Source: Amoebidium appalachense (taxonomy: Eukaryota > Protista > Ichthyosporea). Taken from it: a DNA stretch of 64,000 bases. Location of the stretch: contig CAVNZM010000011.1 in assembly GCA_963693365.1 (NCBI GenBank), forward strand, positions 2,644,598 through 2,708,597. The letters are read 5' to 3'. This document shows positions 36,601 to 47,200 of this stretch, piece after piece. Every line of letters starts with the position of its first letter. The first letter of the stretch is position 1. Under the pieces are notes generated by a model. That model was not told where the DNA came from and searched no databases. It worked only from the letters and a program-made list of their open reading frames with translations. Position numbers and translations under genes: made by a program.

Positions 36601-38288
36601 TTCTCCTTATCCTCTTCCCTAAGCCGACACTGAAAAAATGCATTTTTCAAATCGAGGACACAGAACCACTTATAGCCATGAAAACTATCAAGTAATTCAT
36701 CAATACGGGGAAGGGGAAAGAGATCCTTTTTAGTGACAGAGTTAAGGCCGCGTAGGTCTGTGCACATCCTGTAGGACCCGTCTGGTTTTTTAATTAAAAG
36801 TACCGGTGACCGCCACTGACTTTTACTAGGCTCTAAAATCTGCATTTCTCGAAATTCACTAATCATTTGCCTACCTGACTCTAATTTCGATTGCTCCATT
36901 CGATACTGAGGCATCACCACAGGACTGGCATCACCTGTATCAATTGCCACTGTATATCCCTTCACAAAACCGTGATCTTTTGGATGCCTAAGAAATACAT
37001 TTTTGACTCGATTTAACATGGGAAGAATTAAGGCACGTTGCTGATCCGTCCAACCTGGATCTACCATACCCCAGGGGAGACTCACTTCACCGGAATCACC
37101 CTCCTTGTTACAGTTACTACTTGCACCTTCACCTGCACACACTCCGTCTGCTTTACCAATATCATCACTAGAAGGGCCCTTTTCTGTGGATGAGGGATTG
37201 ACACCTACTGCATCGGACTGATGACCAGACACCGTGGTAACCGCAGACACTGAAACACCATCAACCGTAGGCGAGCGACTTCCTGTTGGTGTTGATGTCT
37301 CGGGCTGGCCACATGCTTCCGGATTACTAAGTTTATCTGAAGGTAGCTCGGGGGTGGGGATAACTATTTCTGCAACAACTGTATCGAAAGGCAGCTGCCC
37401 TTCGATATATCCCAATCGCGTGCCAGCAGGTATTACTAATTCTGAATCAAAATTTCGATTTTCTACTTCGATCATGATTGTTTTATCAGCCGCCACTTTA
37501 CTATATGAAGGACTCACAAATGGAAGTAACCTAGCTGCCGGAACAAAGACACCTATATCTGCCACGACAGCAAATTTGTCTAAGTTCACCCGGACGAATG
37601 CACGACTGTGGGGAGGTACACAAATTTCGCTGACAGTGTGTGCAGTACTTTGATACCCCTCCGTACCCGTGTGCAAACGTACACTACCACCCTTCTTCAA
37701 ATGCAACTTATTAGATTCTTCATCTAACAATTTAACATGTGCCTTTGAAAATGGACGGCCTAAAATCATACTCTGACCCATGTTTGCACAAACAGCAAAC
37801 GTGACAAATAATGTGTGGGAACCAATGGTACATGGGAGAGTGACCCGGCCCACCACATTCAACGATGCATCAGGATTGGCAGTCTTCACACCACTCACTA
37901 AGTTATTTGAAAACATTGTAACACGTGCACCCATCTTCATTAAATTACAAATAACTTTTTCATGCACACAATTAATGTTTGCACCACCATCTAAAAGAGC
38001 ATCATGAATTTGAACATCACCCAATACCACAGGAACATATAACCGTGCTTCTGGCTGAATTAAAGATGCAAACACTTCCTGTAACACAGAAATTTCCACT
38101 TCACTACTTTCCACACTAGTCTCTATCACCGACACAGAAATATTGGAAGGGGGGGAGGGGGTGGGGGGTGGGGAGGGGGTGGGGGAAGGGGAAAAGGGGG
38201 GGGACGGGAGGAAGGGGGGGTGGGGGGTGTGGGGAAAGGGGGGAAAGGGGGGAACGGGGGAAAGACTTAGCTTCATGCTGATTCTCAA
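33690..38288 (-). CDS. pol: Gypsy Pol polyprotein (protease, RT, RNase H, integrase, chromodomain)
   Basis: Protease LLDGGAN. RT motifs LDLKNAFFQ, VMPQGL, YMDD. RNase H motifs VDAS, ERESHAI, YSDHK. Integrase HHCC (H..WAGHLG..CHAC), MDVMGP, SDRG, AYHPQANGVAER, GPY. C-terminal chromodomain VEKILD..YRVKFAGY..QWRPE. True start unknown; probably expressed as a Gag-Pol fusion. Confidence 0.95.
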   Translation of the reverse strand: MRISMKLSLSPVPPFPPFPHTPHPPFLPSPPFSPSPTPSPPPTPSPPSNISVSVIETSVESSEVEISVLQEVFASLIQPEARLYVPVVLGDVQIHDALLDGGANINCVHEKVICNLMKMGARVTMFSNNLVSGVKTANPDASLNVVGRVTLPCTIGSHTLFVTFAVCANMGQSMILGRPFSKAHVKLLDEESNKLHLKKGGSVRLHTGTEGYQSTAHTVSEICVPPHSRAFVRVNLDKFAVVADIGVFVPAARLLPFVSPSYSKVAADKTIMIEVENRNFDSELVIPAGTRLGYIEGQLPFDTVVAEIVIPTPELPSDKLSNPEACGQPETSTPTGSRSPTVDGVSVSAVTTVSGHQSDAVGVNPSSTEKGPSSDDIGKADGVCAGEGASSNCNKEGDSGEVSLPWGMVDPGWTDQQRALILPMLNRVKNVFLRHPKDHGFVKGYTVAIDTGDASPVVMPQYRMEQSKLESGRQMISEFREMQILEPSKSQWRSPVLLIKKPDGSYRMCTDLRGLNSVTKKDLFPLPRIDELLDSFHGYKWFCVLDLKNAFFQCRLREEDKEKTAFAFDGELWQFTVMPQGLVHAPANLCRIMRDILRPCLSYTACYMDDACVKGRTFEELVSNCEKVFSVLEAAGMKVSGKKTIVGVQDVKFLGHRITKDGVIPDPSKIKAITEWPHPKTVTQLRQFLGLTNYLRRFIRRYAEIAHPLTKQTGGDRKAPVLWDSEALEAFERLKEVLVSDNVLVHPDFPPTQGIFRVRVDASLVSEGGILYQEQDKVDRVVAYGSRVFSPTERRYSNPERESHAIYHFITKEWRHILVGRTFEVYSDHKPTLAMKGLTKLTNERMQRWAAELASFDYKAFYAKGESMKDCDALSRNAYIEYDKFTQTHPFDGVNVEVDSINVSNQHVWAAEVDISSLKDSMVKVGAPVHGGTPNSFTSPSQFSTPVFQEQVVSSQRSDRFLHDVICQVEQRPGDMVFSVDKPTKGQRRTWENRTKRCALQCVLQDGVLYHLSGPQGQRLWVPPRLVDMVLEHMHDAPWAGHLGVSRTYQRVQVNYYWPGMSKDVERKVLGCHACAFHNQSTHMRSRVPQYHGTFIKAFERVAMDVMGPFPETVQGNHYIVTLTDLATRWTETVPIRSSDAVTLARVFLHHVCLRFGPPRSVLSDRGSSFLSEIMSEVCKLLGVSLLHTSAYHPQANGVAERAHAVFQSCLAKYVDMEHADWDSVLPFVVHAYRTTPNAITGFSPYFLVHGQECTEFLDVSMLPAFSGPLRMEEWTKYREEVLARVLHAREVARQRTEQAHESLTNSTNTNIPLRTFKVGSKVLVRNFTRAKGGPVKKWRPRFLGPYIVLARIGSTEYKLRHTVNEHDIRQYNVDDIKAYHEFAFRALSTFSQCPNTQHNGIPELGGMDTTVEKILDKKVVTVNGHATTYYRVKFAGYDTAFNQWRPESLLWCPELIQAYERRVVRQPSHPKVVVPRNPKTPRVDKQVDVTQSVSVNSTPNATDARTARLLRRRQLRDVLFPRREKKLDSMC

Positions 38289-38475
38289 CGAGAGAGGGGG
38301 TAAATTGCACCACAGCAGTTTTAACTGACTGATTTACGGCACCAGGCCGTGAGTGATTTATTGTCTTATTTACTTCAACAGTATCTGTATAACAAGACAC
38401 GTTGATTTTAGACATTTCACTATCACTGCACATAGCCTCAACTGCAATATACTCTACCCCACTCTCAGCGCCCCG

Positions 38476-39873
38476 TCAACGCCGACGCTCGGCCAAAATT
38501 TTAGCCGACGCCTGCTGAGCATGATCTTTCCACCTAATACCTTCGGGGGCTGAGGGAAAAGTCTTAGGCAATTTTCGGTTGGGACAGTCCCGTTTCTGAT
38601 GCCCTATCCCCGTACAATGAAAACAAACTCGATCTGAAATAGGCACTACTGGTCTCTCACTACCCTGTTGGCTACCGTGCTTGCCGTTTTTCTGATAGGG
38701 AGCCGGGCGACGGGGTTGACGGTCATTTTTGGCCTTACCACCGGCAGCCTGGAAGGCAGCCACCTGAGCCGATAAGCTAGCTATCTGAGCCTGCAGGGCA
38801 GCAATCTCCGGAGCACCAATACCACTACCGTTGTTACCTGGGGTGGAAACACTATTGACCTGCGCTTTCTTGGCCGCCTGCCGACTAGCGAAACGACCCT
38901 CGAGCTTGTTAATAATTTTTGACTGAGCCTCATCGAGCCTGCTATTTGCCTGAGCTATTTCCCACAACTGCGCATCTGCCTCAAACGTATTCCTGTATAA
39001 ACTACGTTGCATTTGACCGCTGACGTCGGTGTTCAAACCAGCTAACTCCAGCAGACGGCGAAACGTGTTGGTATGTGCCGTCACTTGGCCACCAATACTG
39101 GCAGCCGTGGCATCCGACGTGGGAGTGAAACGGAGGGCCCGGATCTGTGTCTCATATGATTCACGCCGAATGTTGGTCAGCCAGTAGTTCTCGATGAAAC
39201 GCAGCAGCCACTCAGACGCCGTCAGTTCGACTTCGACCTGCAGAATCTCACCCTTGCCCTTGTGCATAGGGCGAGTCGTCTTCAGTGGTGTCCGAGAAGC
39301 CAGGTGAAAGAGAGAGGCCTCCGAACGCTCCTCTCCGTCAATGCTGAGGGCACGAACCGGCACCGTCTTCTTGTCGTTTTCAGGGTCCATGTAGTCGTCA
39401 AGGAGGGTAGCCATCTCCAACACACGAGGATCACCACTTGCCCGGTTCACACTCTGCAGAATCATGACTTGCCACTGGGCCAGGGAAGTGTCGGGGGACA
39501 GCTTGGCGATGCGATCGATGAGACGGTACCATTCAAACACGTTATCAGCCTTGGAGAGTTGAGGAAGCTTGAGCTTCTCCATCATAGCTGCAGCAGCAGC
39601 ACACACTTCAGGAACCTGAGAAGCCCTGGCCGCAGGAGCGTCGTAGAACACTTCATCCATCACAATAGGGTCTTGCCACTCCATCACACAGGGGGGCAGA
39701 GCGTCGAGAAACTCTGGGTCTATCTCATCCTGCGGATCCATAACTTGGCCGCGCCACTGGGTGAACTTGCTGACGGTGGCATCCTTGAGCTTGCCGAGGG
39801 GGCCAAAAACAAGAGCCTGGGCGAAGGTTGCACTCAGCCCGGCGACCGGCGAAAAGGGGGGTTCAGGCTCCAT
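38476..39873 (-). CDS. gag: Gypsy Gag with CCHC zinc knuckle
   Basis: Long ORF after the 5' LTR, first ATG at 39873 (MEPEPP). Contains CFHCTGIGHQKRDC. Ends TGA followed by CGG. Confidence 0.9.
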   Translation of the reverse strand: MEPEPPFSPVAGLSATFAQALVFGPLGKLKDATVSKFTQWRGQVMDPQDEIDPEFLDALPPCVMEWQDPIVMDEVFYDAPAARASQVPEVCAAAAAMMEKLKLPQLSKADNVFEWYRLIDRIAKLSPDTSLAQWQVMILQSVNRASGDPRVLEMATLLDDYMDPENDKKTVPVRALSIDGEERSEASLFHLASRTPLKTTRPMHKGKGEILQVEVELTASEWLLRFIENYWLTNIRRESYETQIRALRFTPTSDATAASIGGQVTAHTNTFRRLLELAGLNTDVSGQMQRSLYRNTFEADAQLWEIAQANSRLDEAQSKIINKLEGRFASRQAAKKAQVNSVSTPGNNGSGIGAPEIAALQAQIASLSAQVAAFQAAGGKAKNDRQPRRPAPYQKNGKHGSQQGSERPVVPISDRVCFHCTGIGHQKRDCPNRKLPKTFPSAPEGIRWKDHAQQASAKILAERRR

Positions 39874-39937
39874 GTTGGGGGCGAAAGCAACAGCCGAGAC
39901 GGAAGTTTTGCAATATAGCAATTGGATTGGTGTAGCT

Positions 39938-40714
39938 TGTAATGTATCCTCACGGACACTTCAGTGTAAAATGTATGTGTATGAGTGTAAACGGGGTTCA
40001 CTCTGAACTGGATTTCAGAGGATCGATGCGTGCGTTTATATACGGATGGTCGACCCGGACAAGATTACTTGACCAATTACACAACTCCCTAGCCGACCAA
40101 TCATATTACAGATTAGTACAGGGCTAGTAATTACTGTGTGTGACTACTTGGTCTCTTGCCGGTTCTAACACTCATATATAATCTTTACTGCTGCATGACT
40201 TATGACTTACACAGCCCCGAAACATACTCCAAATAAACAGGTACCAGTACTTTTCCTGTTTATGACTTTGGTTACCAGTTACCTTTCGGAGTGCTGTCTC
40301 TCTCACATGTGTAACTGCAGGTTTACAACGACCACTCATTGCAGCTGGACTTTACCGGGATGCCCTCAACATGACTGGTCGAATATGAGACTCCCCAATC
40401 ACTCACAACCTGCTTGTTAGTTATTCGTTCTCTATGGCCGCAGCATTTACGTGTTCCAATCAACACAGAAGAGGCCATAAGTGTCCACTCACGCGAGTCT
40501 CACTGTAGTTCGTTTCCAAGTAACCGAACATATGTAATTGTATTTGATCATCCGATTGGAAAAGCAGATATAACATTTATGATTGGCTCATTCATCAGCA
40601 AACGCCGACATCTGACTGGATGAGCCGGCACCGACGAATTGTAAATAAAGCAAATAGATCTGAATAGATCTGAATCGATCGATTGACACGAATGCTCGCC
40701 GCGGAGACATAACA
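39938..40714 (-). repeat. 5' LTR of the Gypsy element
   Basis: tgtaatgtatcc...gagacataaca, followed by TSD gcatc. Confidence 0.96.
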
Positions 40715-41858
40715 GCATCTACGTCCTACACTCGGGGGACGGTACCAGATTTTGTCAAACGGCGCAGTGGGACCTTTTTTTCTTTCGGTTTTCCAAATGC
40801 GGTCGGCAGTTCACGAAACAACACTTTTTTGCACGCCGGTGGACAATTCGGTGAATCTCACCCTGCGTCCCACTTTATAATGTGGGACACCACTAAACAG
40901 TGGGAGCGCATCAGCCAGCAGCACTACACGATAGGCGACTTCGATAACGAGCGCTTCGAGTTGTTAGGCTGGGGGGCAGACGATAAAATGTTGAATGAAT
41001 TGGGTGGTGAGTACAATCAGGTGTTTACCTATTTCAATAGTCACTTAGTCTATCAGGCTGCCTACAAAGGCATCGATCCTTCTCTTCCCGCAAATTGCTT
41101 AAAACCCAATGCTACCGCAGACATGTTCAAAATACACACCAGAATTTCGCAAAGACACAATCGTGAAACTGTACGATGCCGTAGACAGAAAGAAAGCAGC
41201 CAATCCAGACAAAGTTTTTACAGCAAACCAGATTTACGAATACAAAAAAAAAATGGAACAAAGCAAACGGCACACGACGCCACACTGAATCACCAATAGG
41301 TAACGCACCCACTTGGCAAGACATACTTCACCCAAATACACGTGTAGGTCTCTGGTATACCTTTGAGCTTTTACATACAGCAGTCACAAGAGATGGTGGG
41401 GCCGTCAGCCAGGAGAATTTCGGATCTTCCTGGTTTCACAAAGTGCTTAGCACAATTGGTGATCTTCCATTCATGCTAGACGCGCACGTGACCATACTCG
41501 AGTACTACAAAGAATGGGCAAAGACAGCAAAGATCGGCAACGGGAAGGTGTTTTCCTGTCCCGAGAATCTGAGGTTTCAGGGAGACCAAACCGCTTCGAT
41601 CATGCGAAACATTCACACATTGGCCCAGATACACTTATTATAATACCACCCAACCCCGCTCTACTAGTAGAAAGCGAAAACTGGCTTCATGAGCGTTGTG
41701 TTTTGCAGTGCCTCGGTCTCACCATACGTGACGTTTTAACAGCAGCACCGTCAAAGAACCTGACGCGGGAGGAGTATGAACAGGTGAACTATCCCCTCTT
41801 CCTGTTATTTTGTGTGGGTAAACGGAGAAGCAGAGAGCAGAGATGGGTGTTATGTTAT

Positions 41859-42603
41859 TGTTATTTTGTGTGGGTAAACGGAGAAGCAGAGAGCACAGAT
41901 GGGTGTTATGTTATACACAACACAGAGACACACGGGAGAAACACAACCGGAGAGGTGGAATGATTTCTGGAACCATAGGAAATGAATACGACTGCTTGAT
42001 ATTTATTCCAAGATGAAGTCCCTTTTATACTTGGGAATGTGAAAACGATAAACCAATCAAAAGAACAAAAACTCTATTTTCCAATCAAAAGGACGAAAAC
42101 TATCAGTGTAAAATATATCGATCGAAATGTCTGTCGACACATAGAAGATAAAATGCAATCCTCTAATAAAAGAAACTTCTAATAAAAGCACGGAAACATT
42201 TAACAAAATGAAACCACTTATGTAACTATTAGTTCACATCATACATTTATACATGTTCTTAACATAACACGTCTAAATATAATTATTCCTAATGGTTGGA
42301 GAACATAGCACAATGCTACGTCGTGAGAAAGGAATGGGAAAGGAATGTAAGTTACTATATTGGGAAAATACAAACGAGATCTGATTGGATGACATATTTA
42401 GATATTGACACAAACGACAATACGTGTGCGCGAGCTAAGTATGTCGATACGTACACAGATCTAAGATATCGGTGTACACGGAAATAGAAAGGAAAGAAAG
42501 GAAGGAAGAAAGGAAAAGGGAAAAGGAAACAAACTACAACAAACTAATAAACAAATACAAAACTCAACTTCTAAGTCTTGCTAAGAATCATGGGAAGATG
42601 ACA
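41859..42603. mobile_element. Solo LTR of the same Copia family nested inside the 3' LTR
   Basis: TG...CA, 745 bp, similar to 42604-43348. Flanked by 5-bp TSD GTTAT (41854-58 and 42604-08). Confidence 0.85.
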
Positions 42604-43349
42604 GTTATACACAACACAGAGACACACAGGAGAAACACAACCGGAGAGGTGGAACGATTACTGGGACCATAGGAAATGAATTCGACTGCTTGATATTTAT
42701 TTCAAGATGAAGTTCCTTTTATACTCAGGAATGTGAAATCGATAAACCAATCAAAAGAACGAAAACTCTATTTTCCAATCAGAAAGACGAAAACTATGAG
42801 GGTAAAATAAATCGATCGAAATGCCTGTCGACACATAGAAGATAAAACGCAATCCTCTAATGAAAGAAATCTTCTAATAAAAGTACGGAAACATTTAACA
42901 AAATGAAACCACTTATGTATCTGTTAGTCCACGTCATATATTTATACATGTTCTTAACATAACACGTCTAAATATAAGTATTCCTAATAGTTGGAGAACA
43001 TAGAACAATGCTACGTTGTGGGAAAAGAAGGAAAAGGAATGAGGATAGAAATGAATGGAATGGGAAAGGAATCGAATAGAATTAATGAGGAATGTAGGTT
43101 ACTATATTTGGGAAAATATAATGAGATCTGATTGGATGACTTATTTAGACATTGACACAAACGACAATACGTCACGGTGTGCGCGGGCTAAATAACTCGA
43201 TGTGTACACAGATCTAAAATATTTGTGCACACGGAAACAGAAAGGAAAGAAAGAAAGGAAAAGGGAAAAGAAAACAAACTACAACAAACTAATAAACATA
43301 TATAAAACTCAACTTCTAAGTCTTGCCGTTAATCATGGGAAGATGACAC

Positions 43350-43383
<34 letters not shown>

Positions 43384-44172
43384 CTTGTAAAAAAACGGTG
43401 GTTGATGACATCCCCACTCAAGGGCTGGAAGTTGGGTTCTCGTGAAGTTTGTTGATGTGACTGTTGTTGATGTCAATACTCTCACACTTGTAGAAGCAGG
43501 TGCCGTGAAGTCACAGTCAAGTTTCCCCACTCGAGAAGACAAATGGAGAAGACTTGAAGGGGCAAGCCGGGGAAGAAAACCAAAACGGAAGAAGCACACA
43601 ACGACGGTTGCCTCGGAAGACTCGGAACATGACGGTAGCCAACGACGATATATATATATAGAAGAAAACACTAGTGTATGTGTGACGTGTTGGTGGCTAA
43701 TGTTTTATACTGGGGACCGTACCCAGATAAACACAAGGCATGAACATCTTGTGGACTGATTTATAGACTGGTGGTCAACCAGTTAAGACACGGGGAAGGT
43801 ACATCCCGAGGACTAGGTTTAGACTGGCAGTCAACCAGCACGCCATGGCTATAGATAATTATTTATACTGGGACGCCATCCCAGTTCGACATATACATAA
43901 GTCGAATATAAAAGAAAACCAATATATATGGTGGTATAATATAAATAAACGACGGATGGTGGAGAAGGAAGTCCCCACTGAAGATGCACACACTGAAGAT
44001 CGATGAAGACAGCAGTAGACTTTCGTTGGGAGGTGTCTCTACACGGTGATGTGTAGACCACTGGCCGGGGCCCCAACCTACTTGAAGACCACTGTAGATG
44101 AACCGGGGGGGGGGGGGGGGGGGGGGGGGAGGGGGGGGGGCGGGGGGGGGGGGGGGGGGGGGAGGGGCACAC

Positions 44173-47100
44173 TCAGTCACGAAGACTGAGGGAAGCACGG
44201 TGTTGCTCGTGGGAGGGCCCGGGCAGGGCCTTGGTGAAGATGTTGGCCACGTTGTCCTTGGTGGACACGTAGGTGACGACCACATCCCCACTCTTGATGT
44301 AGTCCTTCGTGTTGTGGTACCGGACGGCAATGTGTTTGATCCGGTGCTTGATGCTGTTGGTGTGCAGGAGGGCAATGGTGGACTGATTGTCACAGTAGAC
44401 GGGGGTGGGGTCGGTCATCGGGTAGCCGAGTTCACGGAGGAGATCACAGTGCCAGATGACGTTTTGAACAGCAGCATTGATGGCCAGAAGCTCAGCCTCG
44501 GTGGTGGATGTTGCCGTGATGGACTGCAGCTTCAAATACCATGTGATGGGGATGCCCTTGAAGAAGATGACGTATCCGGTGGTTGAACGACGGGTGTTGG
44601 GGCAGTTAGCAAAGTCGGCATCAGAATAACACTCCAGCAAGGGGGTGTTGTCGTCGGATGCAGACTTGTCGTAGTGGAGGCCGAGGTTGGATGTGCCGAT
44701 GAGGTACCGAACTACACGGAGCAGACATTCCCATGCAAGTTTGGTGGGGTTGGCACTGAATCTACCGAGGTAGCCGATGCCAAGGAGATGTCGGGCCGGG
44801 AACAACGAGCAACCCACAAAGACGGCCGAGGAGTTCACGGTATGGAACCTTGATGGGTAGTGAGTCGTTCTCGTTGATGGTGATGACGGTGCCGACGGGG
44901 ATGGGAGTGGCCTTGGGGTTGGCATCGGTGAGGTTGAAGTCTCTGACGATGTCGTTGATGTAGGACTGTTGAAGCAGCTTGAGGTGACCGGGGGTGTGGA
45001 TGAGCTGTGTGCCGAGGAAGATGTCGGGGAGGTCGACCTTGCAGAGAGCTGACTTCATGATGTGGTCTACTAGATCCTTGGTGTGGGAAGAGTTGGCCAT
45101 GCAGATGATGATGACGTCGTCCACATAGTTGCCAGTGAGGATGATGTCACCGTTGGGGAAGGACTTGATGTAGACACATGGATCTGAACGGAGACGTTCG
45201 AGACCGTGAGCAAGGAGGATCTTGTCGAAGTACTCATACCATGCGCAAAGAAGGCGTCCTCCTTCTTTCTATATTTGGTAATACAAGTCTATACAGAGAG
45301 AAATATACCGTTATGGCCCTCTACAAGTAATGGCCACGTGCTAATACACTCTCTCCCTTTGTGATCGATATCTCTTCTGAGCGCGAGCTCAGAGCCCTGT
45401 TCGATCGATTATCGAGCCAAGATGACATCACAATGACGTACATTCCATTGTTCGCAAAACCCAGTCATCTTAGAATTCGAATTTCCCAATAAGTCTAATT
45501 AGATCGTGCCGGAGATGATTTTGAATATTTTCGAATGTAAATATATTTATATATAAGTCGTCCTTATCCTGGTGATATGAGATGCCATGACCTGAGAGAT
45601 AATTTAGAATATTGTATTATTCTTATCAGTGCCAAGCTTCGTCATCTTCTTCTTAGAATATTCCTGATTCTTCTTAGTGTAACTTTTAGTGTAACCTTCT
45701 TGCACGTTGGTGCGTACTCAGTTTCTATTGGCTATCGTAATCTATGCCCCGAGTATATAAATCGCCACATGCATTCAGTCATTCAGTCCAGTCAACTTGA
45801 TCAGTCAGTCCGAGTCACAGCCAGCCAAGTTCCTCTACCCCCATGGCCAAGTACAGCAGCTTCAAGACGTCACTGCAAGGCTTCAAGGAGAAGTGTCTTC
45901 AACATGCAACAGCGAGACTCTGGCTATGACTATAACACTGTGACTGTACACTTCTACATGTTAGACTACAGTACTCTATTCCTTTCTTTCGTTCTCACAA
46001 GTTATAGTTCGAATTTACATGCATAGATAAATTGAATATAAATAGATATACTCTCACTTCTGGTCATGAAATACAGCTAAGGAAAAATGGGTGTAAGAGT
46101 TCACACTCTTATCCAGCCACGTTGATAGAGTGTATTGCGCACACTCACGCGGCTAGCCTTTCCTAGATAGCTGAATAAACGTTCCAAGTAAGGCTAATAA
46201 CTAACTAATAATTGCTCGCTCTTGCTTCTGCTTCTTTGCATATCTGCATGTTTACTAGGTGCCACACATAACACAAACACGTACATTTTAACCTCTTGAC
46301 GCGCATGAGAACATACACAGCACACACAAATATGTGGTTATACTATGCCCAGCACTCTTATCACACGCTTCCACAAACACGCTTCCACACACCTCCCATA
46401 AACAGTAGCACAAAACATAACCACGTGCCAGTGTAGCCATGTGCGTGAGCAGTGGGCTCTAGCCATAAGACAGACAAAGGGCCCCGCCTTTAGGCATGCC
46501 AGTGATGCCTGTTTGAGGCCGTAGAGTGCCTTCTTGAGTTTCCAGACCTTGTGCTCGTTGCCGGGGGTGATGACGCCAGGTGGTGGCTCAATGTAGATGT
46601 CTTCTTGAAGAGGACTGTTGAGGAAGGCTGTGGAGACGTCGAGTTGATGAATCTCATGGTTGCCGTCCACACCGATGGCAAGGAGGGCACGGACGGAGGA
46701 GGACATCACTACGGGGGAAGAGGTGTCACCGTAGTCAACACCGTAGACTTGAGTGAAGCCCTTTGCAACACCACGAGCCTTGATCTTGGTGTCACCGGCT
46801 GAGTTGAGAACTTTCTCAGTCACAATCCACTTGAACTTGATGATGTTGGCATCAGGGGGGGGCTCAACGACGGTGAAGACATCCTTGGTGATGAAGGCTT
46901 GGTACTCGGAGGTGAGGGCAGCTATGACGGCATCACCGTGACCGTTGGGACCGTTGCAAAGCTTTTCTATGCCCTTGGGTAGTTGGTCAATGTTGATGGT
47001 CGGTGCTGTGATGCTGACCAGTGCCGTTGGTGGCTTGGTGAGACGTGCAGACCGACGAAGGTTCGGCTTGGGGGGGTCCTTGAGGGGGGTGGAGGCCGGG

Positions 47101-47200
47101 GGAGGTGTTGTAGGCCGGGACAGGAGCATGGAAGCCAGGAATGGGACCTGTGGTGAGGGGGGCATCGGTGTCCACAGGGCTGCTCGAGGCCGAGTGGGAG
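44173..47200 (-). pseudogene. Copia RT-RNase H remnant
   Basis: KARGVAKGFTQVYGVDY, HQLDVSTAFLN, LKKALYGLKQASLA|WYEYF (split by an insertion), DPCVY, YVDD, YSDADFA..RRSTTGY, STTEAE, KHIAVRYH, ANIFTK. Frameshift near 44830. Confidence 0.92.
45242..46496. mobile_element. 1255-bp non-coding insertion in the Copia RT (solo-LTR-like or other non-autonomous element)
   Basis: Its removal restores YGLKQASLAWYEY. Ends read either TGCGCAAAG...CTTTAGGCA with no TSD, or as a CATGC direct repeat. TATA-like gtatataaat at ~45753 and aataaa at ~46174. Confidence 0.75.

Larger units (their letters stand above)
32865..40714 (-). mobile_element. Complete Ty3/Gypsy chromovirus-type LTR retrotransposon, 7850 bp
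   Basis: 777-bp TG...CA LTRs at 32865-33641 and 39938-40714; only two differences noticed by eye. 5-bp TSD GCATC (32860-64, 40715-19). PPT GAGGGGGGA next to the 3' LTR. gag and pol on the minus strand. Confidence 0.97.
31654..41783 (+). pseudogene. Decayed RAG1/Transib-like (DDE) transposase with N-terminal zinc finger, interrupted by the Gypsy element and truncated at 3'
   Basis: Removing 32865-40719 joins ...DDFGI to YVLHSGDGT in frame. Motifs in RAG1 order: SGDG (40732-43), GADDKMLNELGGE (~40973-41011), ELLH (41365-76), LRFQGDQ (~41569-89). N-terminal NLS and FACNLC..W..RLNH. Several frameshifts (~32120, ~40780, ~41140, ~41250, ~41640), some in homopolymers. Confidence 0.62.

Noticed and set aside
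38476-38478. Gag TGA decoded as selenocysteine
   Set aside because: No redox-motif context and no SECIS noticed in the element; ordinary leaky-stop readthrough is more plausible.
41859-43348. Tandem LTRs as an integrated 2-LTR circle junction
   Set aside because: The GTTAT TSD and the 56-bp LTR stub at 41803-41858 show a nested solo-LTR insertion instead.
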